Below are positions 23,638 to 35,853 of a DNA stretch of 64,000 nt, in pieces. The stretch is taken from NCBI GenBank assembly GCA_034226945.1, contig CP120459.1, positions 1 to 64,000 on the forward strand, written 5' to 3'. A program made the position numbers and the translations under genes. Under the pieces are notes generated by a model that was not told where the DNA came from, searched no databases, and saw nothing but the letters and a program-made list of their open reading frames with translations. This stretch comes from Picochlorum sp. SENEW3. Its lineage: Eukaryota. Numbering within the stretch: the stretch's first letter is position 1; each line of letters starts with the position of its first letter.

Positions 23638-24195
23638 TCAGAGCAGTTTCAAGGTGCCGGTCAGCGCATCGATGGCATCAGTATCATCAGGTCCAACAGC
23701 AAGGACTGTCTTTGATCCGGGCGCAATCTGCGTCCTTCCGGCATCGGCCACCAAGCAATGGTTCAAACCCATCCTGTGTGCCAGTTGGGCGAGCTCCAGC
23801 ATTTGAACCTGTGTTGCTTGGAGACAGACCTTTGCCTGGCCTTGTTGCTTCCATGCCCGTACTTTCGCTTCTGAGGCAGTCTCCAAGGCTCCACAGGCTC
23901 CATGTGCGCATTGCGCTCCTGCATCGATCCATGTGGTCGAACAGACGGACGGATTGAGTTGAAGAAAGTCAGCTTATGCCACCTCTATGTTCTCGAGCAA
24001 CTCACCTATCTTGCCTTTGCCCATCTTCAGCGTCGTATTGACAACTATAACCATTTTGAAATTTTTGCGTGAATCGATCGCTGAAGGCCTCGCACCTCGT
24101 CGAGGTTTCTTTGAAACAAGAGCAATGCCACACAAAACTCCCAGGACATAAACCGTCACGGAATTAGCCATGCTTACGAGAGCTGTTGGACCCAT
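23638..24195 (-). CDS. PTH2: Peptidyl-tRNA hydrolase 2
   Basis: KMVIVV..LKMGKGKI, AQCAH, GQAKVCL, DAGRTQIAPGSKTVLAVGP; N-terminal TM; one intron. Confidence 0.92.
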
Positions 24196-24460
24196 AATGG
24201 CTCTTTGTGCAAAAGAATAACTCAGAAATTGAAATGCATGGGTGGAGTATCCCTCTTGATCAATCTCATGAGATGAAAGCAGTTTCTTGCAATTGTTGAT
24301 CACCAGTCATGAATGTTACCTGCCTTGATTTGAATTGAATGCGCATCGCTTCCTTGAATGTAATGAGCATGTGATTTTATATTAATCTGATTTGGTTCGA
24401 AAGGGAGAGACGAAGCCCAGAATGTTGGATTAATCCGCCCAGTTGTGTCAATTTGAAGGC

Positions 24461-25649
24461 ATGCTCCGTCTTGCAAGCACGCTACCATTGACCGATCGTG
24501 TGGGGGAGCGGCACTATGTTCTTCAGCTCTGCTCTGTATCAGATCAAGGCAATATATTCGTCGCATCCCTTTCCACCGGGGGCTTCAGGCTTGTCCAGTT
24601 GGTGTACGTGTGTATCTGGGCAGTGCTTGTGTTCGGTCATCATGGATTAAATTAAATGGGTGTTGCATATGTTTAGGGAGTCTGGCATCCGCTTCTTGTC
24701 GAACGGCGCTGTATGCACCGGTGTAGAGCAGATCACAGATATAGGGGCTTCGCCGTTGCTTGGAGACCCCAACGTGTTTCAGACCTCTTCTACTGATGGG
24801 TTCGTGCGATCATGGGACCTTCGAGTGAGAAATTCTGTAGAATCGTACTCGTCTCAGTTCTCAAAGCCGATATATAGCTGCTCCTCAAACTCAACCCACG
24901 TTGCGGGAGGAGTAGGGGAAGATCTTGTTTTGTGGGATCGACGGACTCGGAAAACGGCAGCAACATTTGGGGAAACCCATGCCATGGACATTGTCCAGAC
25001 GCATTTCAATCCATCATATTCCTCTGCACTGATTAGTGGCTCCGAGGACGGCAATATATCGGTGTTTGACTTGTCCGGTGGGATTCATGAAGAGGACAGT
25101 TTTGTTGGCGCTCTGGCAATTGGCACATCTGTGTCCAGGATGGGCTTTTTCGGGCCCGACTTGTCCAACCTGTGGTCCACGACAGGGACCGAATCCATTC
25201 ATTGGTGGAACTGGAAGGAAAATTGCGATCCAAACTCTCCAGTTGGTGCTGGGGTGACCGCAGAGGCTCTCACGCCCAGAGAGGTTTTGACATTAGGACA
25301 GGACCCAAGCGACTACATCATAAAATGCTTTTACGATGCCGAAGAGGATTCGATGTTTGCTATTTCTGGAAATATTTCTGGATCTCTGGTTATATATTCA
25401 TGCCATGCAGCTGGTGGGAATATTATCTTTGGAGCACAACCCACCCAAGTTTTGACTGGAGGACACAATGACATTGTGCGAGATGTCCTGGTTCTCCCGA
25501 ATGGCCACATGACCACGCAGCACTCTTCGTCCACTGTTGTTCTGTCAGGAGGAGAGGATGGCAAACTTTGTCTGTGGACCAATGCCGGTGCTGGTGAGAG
25601 ATCAGGTAAGAATAAGCACCACCACGGAAAACCGTACAGCCCATATTGA
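24461..25649 (+). CDS. WD40 repeat protein (WDR89-like)
   Basis: STDGFVRSWDLR, LWDRR, H..DI..F.P..LISGSEDG, GGHNDIVRD, SGGEDGKLCLW. Confidence 0.8.
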
Positions 25650-25813
25650 TGGCCAGCGCCGTCCATTCCAAGACCGGATGCGATGGGAAACCCTTGGACA
25701 TGACAACGCGAGTTCTCCGGAGCAATTCTCCCATGACACAATTTTTAAACTACGTCACACTCAAATAACATTAAAAAAAGCATTGTGGTGTACAAGTACG
25801 AACCTCAAGCAAG

Positions 25814-26533
25814 ATGGTCGAGCACGAAATGGAAGAGCCTCAGAGTTTTAACAACGCCCACGACCTTGTGCAACTCTGCGACACTGTCACGTATTTTATG
25901 CACCTGAAAATGGCAGCTATGGACAAAAATGCAAATTTTCGAGTGCCTGCAGGCGTCGATAAGATCATTGAGCTTGCCAAACAGCTCCCCGTCCCCCGTC
26001 CGGAAGAATGGGGCTCCTTGGCAGTTGGAAGGATCTCGACCAAGAGGAAATACAAAGCATCCACTGCTGGAGAAGATTTTAAATCAAAAGCGAGGGCAAA
26101 GTGGAGCGATGAGGCCAAGAAGGAGTTGGTGGAGCTCGTGGACAACGAGGACAAGAGGAAGGAAAAGTTGGGCGACAAGGCAAACCACGCAGGGCACATC
26201 AATTGGACAGCCCTGGCACGACGATATGGTTTTGCTGGAGCTGGTCCACTGTATCGTCAGTATGAATTGATGACGGGGAAAACTCCCCCAGGAATCAGGC
26301 CAAAAATGGAGGGACAAAAGCCCATGCTGGAGCCAGAAGATGCCTCCTCTTTGGCGTGGACTGCCGAAAAGTGTGACCAGCTCATGAGACTGGTGGAGAA
26401 TGAGCAGTATCGAAAAGATACCTTTGGGAAGAAGAGCTTGAAATGGCACAAAATTGGGGACCTTTTGGGATTTTCAAAGAAGGACTGCAAAAAGAAGTAC
26501 TCTGACCTGACAGGCAAAACGCTAGATGACTAA
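25814..26533 (+). CDS. Protein with two Myb/SANT-like repeats
   Basis: KWSDEAKKELVELV...NWTALARRYG and AWTAEKCDQLMRLV...KWHKIGDLLG..KDCKKKY. Confidence 0.7.
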   Translation: MVEHEMEEPQSFNNAHDLVQLCDTVTYFMHLKMAAMDKNANFRVPAGVDKIIELAKQLPVPRPEEWGSLAVGRISTKRKYKASTAGEDFKSKARAKWSDEAKKELVELVDNEDKRKEKLGDKANHAGHINWTALARRYGFAGAGPLYRQYELMTGKTPPGIRPKMEGQKPMLEPEDASSLAWTAEKCDQLMRLVENEQYRKDTFGKKSLKWHKIGDLLGFSKKDCKKKYSDLTGKTLDD

Positions 26534-26566
26534 TAATTTCTTGTAAATGTATTTCTGTTCATTTTA

Positions 26567-27201
26567 GGCCGCTTTTACTTGATTCCTTGGTTCCCGTCTA
26601 TCGAGTGATTGAGTTTTCGACGAGATGGACCAAAAAAAAATAGAAATGGCTGTAAGTCACCAATGACAGAGAATTTACAACTTGTCATGAAACTGTAAGA
26701 TAGATCTCTCCAAAAGGAATCGATTGGCACCACTTTCGGTCCAAATGGTGAACATGATGCATCGCTTGCCCCAAGAGTGAGCCTCTGGCCGATGGGCCAG
26801 TCGGCAAAATTTAAATTTGATTGAGTCACGCCTGACCATCTCTGACGACAACGGATAGTTGAAGAAGGTGTTTCAGTACTGGTATAAGATAATCGATGAG
26901 AAATAATGGGGAAAAGCCTCACAACAGTGCCAGCCTGATGGATGCATCCATATGAGCCAGGAGAGGCCTCAGAGACTGGTCCATTTGGCCACCAATCACC
27001 ATGCTCCAGCTCAGATTAGATTCTGAACAGATTATACATCATTTATATTGTTGTAAAGCACTCTATTTGACGATATACACCCAACTACATGCTTGTATGA
27101 CCAAGTTTATTTTTTTGAGGAAATCTACTTTTTTGCCGAGTCACCGACCCGATTTGAGATTTGGTGATAGACGGGAACCAAGGAATCAAGTAAAAGCGGC
27201 C
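26567..27201. mobile_element. Non-autonomous PIF/Harbinger-type MITE, 635 bp
   Basis: Perfect 36-bp TIR GGCCGCTTTTACTTGATTCCTTGGTTCCCGTCTATC (26567-26602 and 27166-27201); TTA duplicated at 26564-26566 and 27202-27204. Confidence 0.9.
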
Positions 27202-27507
27202 TTAACAGAAAAGAAAACGATTCAACACAAACCACATTTCATCAGAAACCATGGTTTGACCTGGCCAGGTCCCCCATCGCGGCATGCGGTCGATGGGAGC
27301 CACAGCTACGCTGACGAAATCAAATCGTCCGAGGATGCATCCTTGTGTTGGTCTACTACAGAAGTCGGAAACAATGAAATAAAATTTTCGATTTTGGAGC
27401 ACCGTATCTGCATACATGCCTGGTAAATCGATTGGGTGCGCTCCAGAGAGGGCACTCGGGGGATTCCCAACGGCACAGCAAAAGTGCCTGATGCCAATGA
27501 TATAGTC

Positions 27508-29597
27508 ATGCGGATATTGCTAATCATCTTATTTCTTGCTCTAGCTGTCGTCCCTTCCTCGCAGGGAGGGACAGACGTCCGAGACCAGGGACGGCTAATA
27601 GAAGTAGACCGCGAACAGGGCCTTTTCGCACGCCGAGGACAGCGCAAAATATCCACCGGACGAATGTACAAAGAGGTAGATGGCAAGAGCGATAAAGATG
27701 ACGAGGATTACGCCACGGAGGAGGATTCGGAACACAAGGAGACAATTGCTCAAGTAGGTGGACCGTCTCTTATAGCAGTGTACTGGCTGTTCATTGACAG
27801 GATAACATTTCCCTTTGCAGATGCTGGATGACGCCCTCAAGGAAGAATTTCGTGATGAAGCAGAAGAGCAGGATTCCGTAGGGAAACAGTTCAACGAGAC
27901 CGTTTCCAGAGATGAGGTAGGTCCTTTCATATGTGTCACCTCCTTTTGCATGCCAGAATTGCTGAGCACCGTGATACTCCAGGGTACGCAAGAAACTGTT
28001 GTCCGAATCAGTCAGAAGAAAGATGAGGAGAAGGAAAAAGATGGAGATGGCGACGCCGAGGGCACTGATGCCACAAAGGAGCAGGGAAGTACAGCGTCCG
28101 ATGTCGAAGAAAAAGAGGAGGACAAACATCTTGATATAGCCGTCGAGTCCGACGTGGATAGAATCATTGACTCCCACGACAATGAATATGTTCTTTCCAA
28201 GCCGAATACCGAGGGCTCGTTGGGTCTTACGCTGGATCCGCAGCTGATTAGGGATATGAGTTTACTGATTGTCATGTCTGCTGCTGCTGGACAATTTATG
28301 GCAGCCATTGGGCAACCCACAATCAATGGTTATTTTCTGGCAGGGTCTGTCATGGGACCAGGAGGGTTGGGGCTCGCCAAAGAAATTGTCCAGCTTCAGA
28401 GCATATCACAGTTGGGGGTGCAGTTTTTGCTCTTCACGCTGGGCCTAGAATTGAATTTGTCAAAATTAAAAGCTGTGCGCAATGTAGCCCTTTTTGGGGG
28501 CTTACTCCAGGTAGCGTTGATGTCTCTCATGGGAACTCTGGCAGCTTTTGTCATCGGTGCAGGGGCGTATCATGGCGCATTCATCGGGGCCCTGTTAGCC
28601 ATGAGTTCAACGTCCATTGTCGTGAAATGCATCCAAGAAGGACGAGCTTCTCATCAGCCGCATGCTCAGATAACAATAGGAACGCTGGTTCTTCAAGATT
28701 GCGTTGTGGGTCTCATATTTGCGTTCATGCCTGTTTTGGCCTCTGCCAGCTCACACGGCTCCCTCTCTCTTGGCGAGATCTTGACCGTCCTGGGAAGGGT
28801 GTTTGGCACGTTGAGTATTGCAATCATCATCACAGTGCTATTTGCTGCTCTACTTGCGGCAAAGTTTGTACAATATATTATGAAATCGTCTGCAGAAACA
28901 TTTCAGCTCTCTGTCCTCGGTTTTGGTTTGGCTGTTGCCCTTTTGACAACGAGACTTGGGATATCTGCCGAGCTTGGGGCTTTCATGGCTGGAGCTGCTC
29001 TATCTGCTACAGAGCACCAGGATTCAACTCTCCATGCAGTGGAGCCAACATCTAACTTATTTTTAGCCCTGTTCGTATCGTCAACCGGGCTGACGATCCC
29101 GCCTGCATTTTTAGCAGAGCATATATTGGTGCTCGCGTCTGGTGTCGCCCTCATCATTGCAGCAAAAACGCTCCTGATTGCATCAGTCGTGTTGTTGTTT
29201 GGTTTTCCACCTCATACAGCGTTAGGAGTTGGTATCAATTTAGCCCAAGTGGGAGAATTTGGGTTTGTCCTGCTTTCGATTGCTAGCAGATATGGAATGA
29301 TCCCGCACGAGGTCTCATTGTTATTGATTGGTACGTTTCCACCAGTGTCCACGCCATAAAGTGATGTCGTCTGCTATAACTATTCGTATTTGTGTAGGTA
29401 TCACGGCACTATCACTGCTGCTGACGCCTTTCCTCATGCAAGTGTCTCTCAGGTTCTTGCCCAAAATGTCAAAGTCCAGGTATGACGACGATGTCGAACT
29501 AGCATCACTTGTGGTACGTATGGCATGACGAATTCGTACATACCGGAAGATCGTATTTTTGGCTGTTATGTGTATCTCACATTTCGTACAGGACTGA
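27508..29597 (+). CDS. K+ efflux antiporter, CPA2 family (KEA4-6-like)
   Basis: Signal peptide; IIDSHDNEYVLSKP, GQPTINGYFLAGS, SSTSIVVK, GTLVLQD, LAQVGEFGFVLLS; several introns. Confidence 0.92.
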
Positions 29598-29755
29598 CGA
29601 CAAACACAATGTGCATTTAGGAAACAGATGCCCAATCATAATGTAATGTGGGGGTACAACTCAGATTGATCATTGCTACAGTAGATAAATATACATACAT
29701 GTAAATAAATACATACATATACCTATGTTATGACGGCTCAGTCAATCCATGCATA

Positions 29756-30982
29756 TCACCACTCGGCCAAATTGGTCAAGTTGTTCTTAATTCTGGTCCA
29801 AAAAGAATGGTGCTCTTTTGGTGCAATGCTGGGGACGTCAATCACCTCGTGGCAGTGGAAGGCTTGCTCCTTTTTTATTGCGTATTGTTTCGCATAGTAC
29901 TGCTGCATTGTAGGGTCATCAACATTCATCTGCGTTTCTCTGTTCTGCAGAGACTGTAGGACTGGTAGCATGTAAAATTCATCCTCACTCTTATCTGATG
30001 CATCCCCAGAAGGAGGTGATCCGACCTTGGGAGGTATCTGAGGAGCATTTGCGACCATGTTTTCAACTTTAGAATTGTCATGGCACATGTCCATGGACAA
30101 TATGTCATCCTTTGTGCCGCCGGAGAAGGGCATGTGGGTGTCTACAACCTTCCCAAGGTAGACTCCATCGTGTGCTTGACGAGTCCTTGGCTGACACACA
30201 AAAGGCGACTGCAGCATATATGGTTTTTGCTGTATAGATATTCCTGGTGGTTTTAATGCGTTGTTTGATCCCAACAAGGAGACCTGCTGCCCATGGGTAT
30301 CACGCTTTCTGTCCTCCCATGGGAATGTCTCGTTTGATACGCATCGCCTCTTTGGATTGATGGAGAACGGCGCCTGCTGATCTGGGGCAACATAATGACT
30401 CTCTGGAACTCGAGATATTTGAATAGTCTTCACCCCTGTCAAAACCACTCCCGGCGTTCTATATGCTACGTTCGTATGGGTGATGGGTACCAGCAGTGGA
30501 CGCAGAGAGAGGCCCCTGCGAGCACACATGCCATGTGCTGCGCATACCATGTCATGTTGCTTTCTCCATATTTTGCTGTCACTAGTAACCGTCCTTGCAT
30601 GGTGTTCTAGTTGCCTGCTTCGGAGGCTAAAATACACTACAGGGGAAAAAATGTTACCTGGCCACCAATGGTTCTTCTCGTGTGGCCTCGTGCGTGACGA
30701 CTCGCTGTGGACATGCTCTCGCATGCCCGCGCAAGATATGCATTTGTTACACCCTCTCTTCTTCTTCAGCGCGATAGAAGAATCCAAAGTCTCAGACTTC
30801 TGCCGATACATTGAGGAAGAAGACACTCTTGAAAGCCTTGAACTCCCTGACATCTGAGATCCGAAAGACAGAGCTCTATTGAATGACATCACACCGGTGA
30901 AAGAATCCGAATGCTTCACTGGCGCGTGCGTTGTCTGTCCGCATGCGACGGCATACTGGCGATCTGCCGTGCTGCTGTCCAT
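29756..30982 (-). CDS. Hypothetical Ser-rich protein
   Basis: Long ORF (~408 aa) with no recognisable motif. Confidence 0.55.
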   Translation of the reverse strand: MDSSTADRQYAVACGQTTHAPVKHSDSFTGVMSFNRALSFGSQMSGSSRLSRVSSSSMYRQKSETLDSSIALKKKRGCNKCISCAGMREHVHSESSRTRPHEKNHWWPGNIFSPVVYFSLRSRQLEHHARTVTSDSKIWRKQHDMVCAAHGMCARRGLSLRPLLVPITHTNVAYRTPGVVLTGVKTIQISRVPESHYVAPDQQAPFSINPKRRCVSNETFPWEDRKRDTHGQQVSLLGSNNALKPPGISIQQKPYMLQSPFVCQPRTRQAHDGVYLGKVVDTHMPFSGGTKDDILSMDMCHDNSKVENMVANAPQIPPKVGSPPSGDASDKSEDEFYMLPVLQSLQNRETQMNVDDPTMQQYYAKQYAIKKEQAFHCHEVIDVPSIAPKEHHSFWTRIKNNLTNLAEW

Positions 30983-31469
30983 GGGAGAGAGGCCGCGGTG
31001 GTTGGGGAAGAGCAACGAAGCCTCAGCAATGCTCCCTACTCGATCGTGTTGCTAAGCAAGCTTTTGAGTTCCTCAAAAATCTCAAGAAGGAACGCCTATG
31101 TACGAGTTTTGCTGACCATCACCCGTGGGTCTCACGAGAGGCACCTCTTGCAACCACGTTCTTTACGCCGAGGTCACTACCGCGAACATGATGCCGTCTT
31201 CTAATATATCGCAACAATGCCGGTTGAGAAGTCGCTATTGAAAATTTAAGTAATTTTTCTGCCGCATTGCATCGGGGATCGTTCATCTTTTGCGTCATCA
31301 CCATTGGAACCCATCGGCAGCTCCAAGACTGTGTGGGTGGGTTTGGCACACACATGGGCTTTATGCGGCCGTCGCAGGGATGGTTTGATGGGAAAGGTGG
31401 CAAAGCTGGGCGGGGATGCCCACGTGGCCTAGTTGCATGGGCGGTCTTCCGAGGTTGAAATCAATTACA

Positions 31470-32775
31470 TCAAAGGTTTTGGGTTGCAGGGTTCAGTAAT
31501 CCGTAATCCGTATCTACCCACGTTTCGATGTCTCGCAGGAAGCAACCGTAGGCAACTGCTTCGAGCACTGCGCGACGTTGGGTTGCCACGGTCATGGTTA
31601 CGCTCTCAACCTTGTCCGAGGCAACCGCCTCTTGGACCCGCTGCATGAGCTCCTCCATGCTCGCTGCGTCCAGTCCCACTGCTTCTTGCATCTCCGCCTG
31701 CAATTTCTTGGCGTCGCCGAACAAGGCCTCTGTTTGGCGTTCTACCAAAGCTGCACCCTCCCTCGTCACGAGTCGTGCAGTAGCCATCATGGCCTCCTCA
31801 TCGAAACTCTCCACATATCGTCGCAGAGCCCCCTTTTCGCTCGACTTTGATTCTTCAGTACTCTGGTCATTGGAGCTTCCTTCCACGTCCTCATCCTCCA
31901 CACTGGCAAACAGCCTCTCCAGCCTTGCGACGGCATCCTCTTTGCTCTCAGGCAGCACACCAACCTGCTTCGAGAGCTGATATCTCGAGTCCACACGCCG
32001 TAAAAAGTATCCAAACATGATGGAAGCAGCATACACCTGAGCGGACTGCAATTTACTCATTTTGATGACGGTGTCACCATAGGCCATACTTGCTGGCCCA
32101 AGTGCTCCAAGCATGTGCTCTTTCACCATCTCAATGGCCTCTTTTGTGTGAACACCCTCCGTTAATGCCCGTAATGTGTCCATATCCTCATGTATTGGTC
32201 CTAAGTTGGCCATCATATTGACCCCTATCTGCCTAAATTTATCAAGAATGCAAATATACATCAAGTCCTCAATTGCCATGGCTGCTTCTGCTTCCTTCAC
32301 CTCCTGAATTCGCCGAGAAAGAACCAAGTCTACAGAGTCAGAGGAAGGCTCTGCTCCTTGCGCCGACTCAGACTCTTCCTTCAACTGCTCAAAGGCGTTC
32401 TCGACAGTCGTCTGGAAAAGGTGTGGTTGCATTTCCAGGTAATACGCGGCCATTTCGCCCAGAGGCGAGTTTGGTTTCGAAGGAACCTGCAGAATTCATA
32501 TATAGTCACTATATTTGATGGATCCGTTTAGGGAATTTGGGCGAATTCCAAGGCTGCGGAAGTCTCGAGAATCCTCTCTCACGTACCAGCGCAGAAGCAT
32601 CCTTTCTTTCATCCTGTGGAGAAGCTCCTTCATCCCCAGAGCTCTGTGCTTGTACTGCGGTGTGCCCCGCATGCTGATGTTTCATGCGAGGATGGAGCAG
32701 TACCCTTCCATGTGGAACTCGTACGCCAATTCCACCGTGGCTACCACACACTGCTTTGACTGAAAATGCCTGCAT
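31470..32775 (-). CDS. DUF760 protein (UV-B-induced At3g17800-like), plastid
   Basis: AIEDLMYICILDKF, VYAASIMFGYFLRRVDSRYQL, LVERQTEALFG, LEAVAYGCFLRDIE; transit-peptide exon. Confidence 0.85.
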
Positions 32776-33061
32776 TCCGCGATTTATTCTGCAACAAATA
32801 AGGAATAGTTATTGGTAATGTAGAATGCATCGCCAATGCTGCTATTATCCCCGGCAATGGTCTCTTCGTGACTTGGGTGATGCAAGTTGCATCAGGAAGT
32901 GGAAATGGGTCACATAGCATGTGGGTCAGATCCGCTGCCATCAATCGACATGCATGGGACATTGTATCAGTGGACACAATATTAAATACATTTAGAAGAA
33001 GTAGAAGCGCATAGCATTAGGAAAAGTCGAGGTTTTCATTCTTGAAGGTTGCAGAGCAGGC

Positions 33062-34745
33062 ATGATATCTGCTCTGAGTTGGATTCCGCGGGGGGCTGCG
33101 AAACTTAAGCCAGAGCTGGCTGAAATAGACGACGATGACACACATGGGATAGATAGTCTTAGCGAGGAGGGCGATCAGGTACTGGTGCTGTCCCTATGCA
33201 TGAGGAAGAGTTGGTCGCGTGCATGGAATGCTTCGGTTTCTGTTCCTAACAATGTGTCCTTGTACTTGCAGGAAGATGTTGAGGAAATGAGTACAAGTGA
33301 TGACGACGAAGCCCAGGGTGAGGTGGAGCAAGCGAAGCGTTTCGCTGCTTTGCTGAAAGAGCAGCAACAGTCTGGCGGAGACCATGCCAAGGGGGGGGAT
33401 CACGGTGGGATTTCGGACTCCCTCGCTGAACTCAATATGGATGCATACGATGATGAGGATGAAGACGACGATATGAAAAGGATTCTGGGTGGTGGTCACC
33501 CTGGAATGGCATATTATAAGAATCCAGAGGACGATCCCTATGTGGAAGCGGGGGATTCCGAATCAGAGGACATGGAATTCAGGGATACCGATTTGCTGAT
33601 TGCTGCTGCTAGAAACGACGAAGATATAAGTTATCTGGAGGTTTGGGTGTACGAAGAAGGGGACGGGAAGAGCCCTGAGGGGAATATCTATGTGCACCAT
33701 TCGCTGCTGCTGCCAGCATTTCCTCTCTGCCTGGCATGGGGATCCTGTGACCCAGCTTCAGGGAATGTCCATGGTAATTTTATTGCAGTTGGGTCATTTG
33801 AACCAGGTATCGAAGTATGGAATCTCGATATCATTGATGCTGTCGAACCTGTGACGACATTGGGTGGAGCAAATTATGAGGAAGCCCGGCGATTGGCAGA
33901 GGCTCGTTTGAAAGGGAAAAAGAAGAAGAAGAAAATTCCAGAGGTTCCTGTAAAATCAGGAAGTCATGCTGACGCAGTGCTTGGTTTGGCATGGAATCAG
34001 GAGTTTTGTAATGTGCTGGCTTCTGGATCTGGTAGGTTGCTTGATCCTCTGGATGTTGTGCTCAGTTGATCGACTGACGCGTTCATTATCCGATTGCAGC
34101 TGACACGAGTATAAAAATATGGGATGTTGTGACTCAGCAAGCTACACAAACTTTGTCAATGCACCGAGACAAGGTCCAGGCAGTGAAATGGAGGCCCACA
34201 GATGCTTCTGTCTTGCTCTCGGGAGGATTTGATAGGAACATTTTCTTGGTTCGTTTGCTATTCAGCGTATAGGTGCACGATTCGATCACTCTCAATTATT
34301 CTGAATGTTTTTCTTTCGTGTGCAGACGGATTTGAGGCAGCCAGAACAGAAACCTGTGGCATTTACCGTTGGTGCTGATGTGGAAGCCTTGGCATGGGAT
34401 CCTCACAATCCTCACTCATTTGCAGTATCTGCTGAGGATGGCTCGGTCACTATATTTGACGAAAGAAAGGGAAATGAACCGATCGAAACCTTGATGGCGC
34501 ACTCCAAAGCCACGACATCTGTGAGCTATAGTCCCTGCCACAAAGGAGTTCTGGTGACAGGGTCTACAGACGCAACTGTCAAATTATGGAAAGGTGACGA
34601 CGGGGCACACGAAGAAGTGTCTTGTCAAAAGATGGGAGTTGGAGCCGTGTTTTCTGCAGAATACTGCAGAGACTCGCCGATACTGGTTGCTGCTGGAGGC
34701 GCCAATGGAACAGTCACTGTGTGGGATACAAGCGTTGTTGGCTGA
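33062..34745 (+). CDS. PWP1: Periodic tryptophan protein 1 homolog
   Basis: MISALSWIPRG, LEVWVYE, YVHH..LPAFPLCLAW, H.DAVLGLAWN, WD40 repeats; introns. Confidence 0.92.
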
Positions 34746-34805
34746 TTACAGCGAGTATGATATGACGCAAAGCAGTGAAATAAAACAATGTGAAAATGGT
34801 GAGAA

Positions 34806-35425
34806 TTACCTTTCCGATCTGAAAATCTGTTCCCAGGATTTGACGAATGATTTAGCCATGTATGTTGCATTGGCCTGCATCTTGTCTATCATTCGCCTCG
34901 ATATTCTTTCAAACCTCTCTTGAAATCCACTCCAGTCCGTATCCCCTAATGGATTAGTCAAGGGAATCGATTCTCGTTTATCCATCCTATGTCTCCGGAG
35001 ACTTTCGTCCCTCCCGCTCGGTGACTCTCTAGCAGCAACATCTGGTGCCCCATGTGACAACAGCTCTCTATTGCTCGACACAGCAGCAGCAGAAATAACC
35101 TCCAAACCCTCGCAATACGGTACTTCCACAGGCTCATCGTGCCTTGTTCTATTCTTAGATTCATCTCTGAGGTGCTGCTGGTCATACGACGAGTAACCAA
35201 CGCACACATAACGAAAATCCCCACCTCCAGGCATTTGCTCTGAAGACGTAGGAGGACGCAGCGAACCACCCTGTGACAGCTTCTTGGAGAGCCCAGCGCA
35301 TATCTGCATCCATTCAACACATTTATAAGGGATAAGAGACCAGTATGAGCGGTGTTCAATTCAAACGCACCGGTGGTTTCTCGTTGTCGAATCGCCTTTG
35401 GCTGAAATACAGGACACCCAGGCAT
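34806..35425 (-). CDS. Uncharacterised green-lineage protein
   Basis: ICAGLS, FRYVCVGYS, PYCEGLEVI motifs; one probable intron. Confidence 0.55.
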
Positions 35426-35853
35426 GCCTTTGCCTTTCCACTGCAGCAGATTGACTAAAGTTCGTTAATATTGAGTGAAAATCACAAGACACATCCTATA
35501 CGGACCTTGGTCGCTCGCGTCTTCCCGGAAAAGGGTGGCTGTGGTCTCTATTGTCACCCATCTCAAGAGTTATCACTCATTCTGCATACGCAACAATGTT
35601 ACATGGAAGAATCAATTAGAAAGATATCCTGCATGTATGTACGACATGTTACAAAGTAGTACTAACAAACAAATATGTATGTATGGAAAATGTACAGCAA
35701 CTTGGGGCCTTCCTCTCTCTTCATGTAGAGGCTGGATATCTCCCATCTATTCGGTAAATATATGTACTAATCACAGTGCTGATCGAATAGGTCGATCTGT
35801 CGACTCTATTTAAATCTACATGCATGACGCATCTATTTCTGATCAGATGAGTA

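Noticed and set aside
26650..27050. C/D snoRNA cluster (ATGATG and CTGA motifs)
   Set aside because: No clean box pairs or recognisable rRNA guides; the region is the MITE interior
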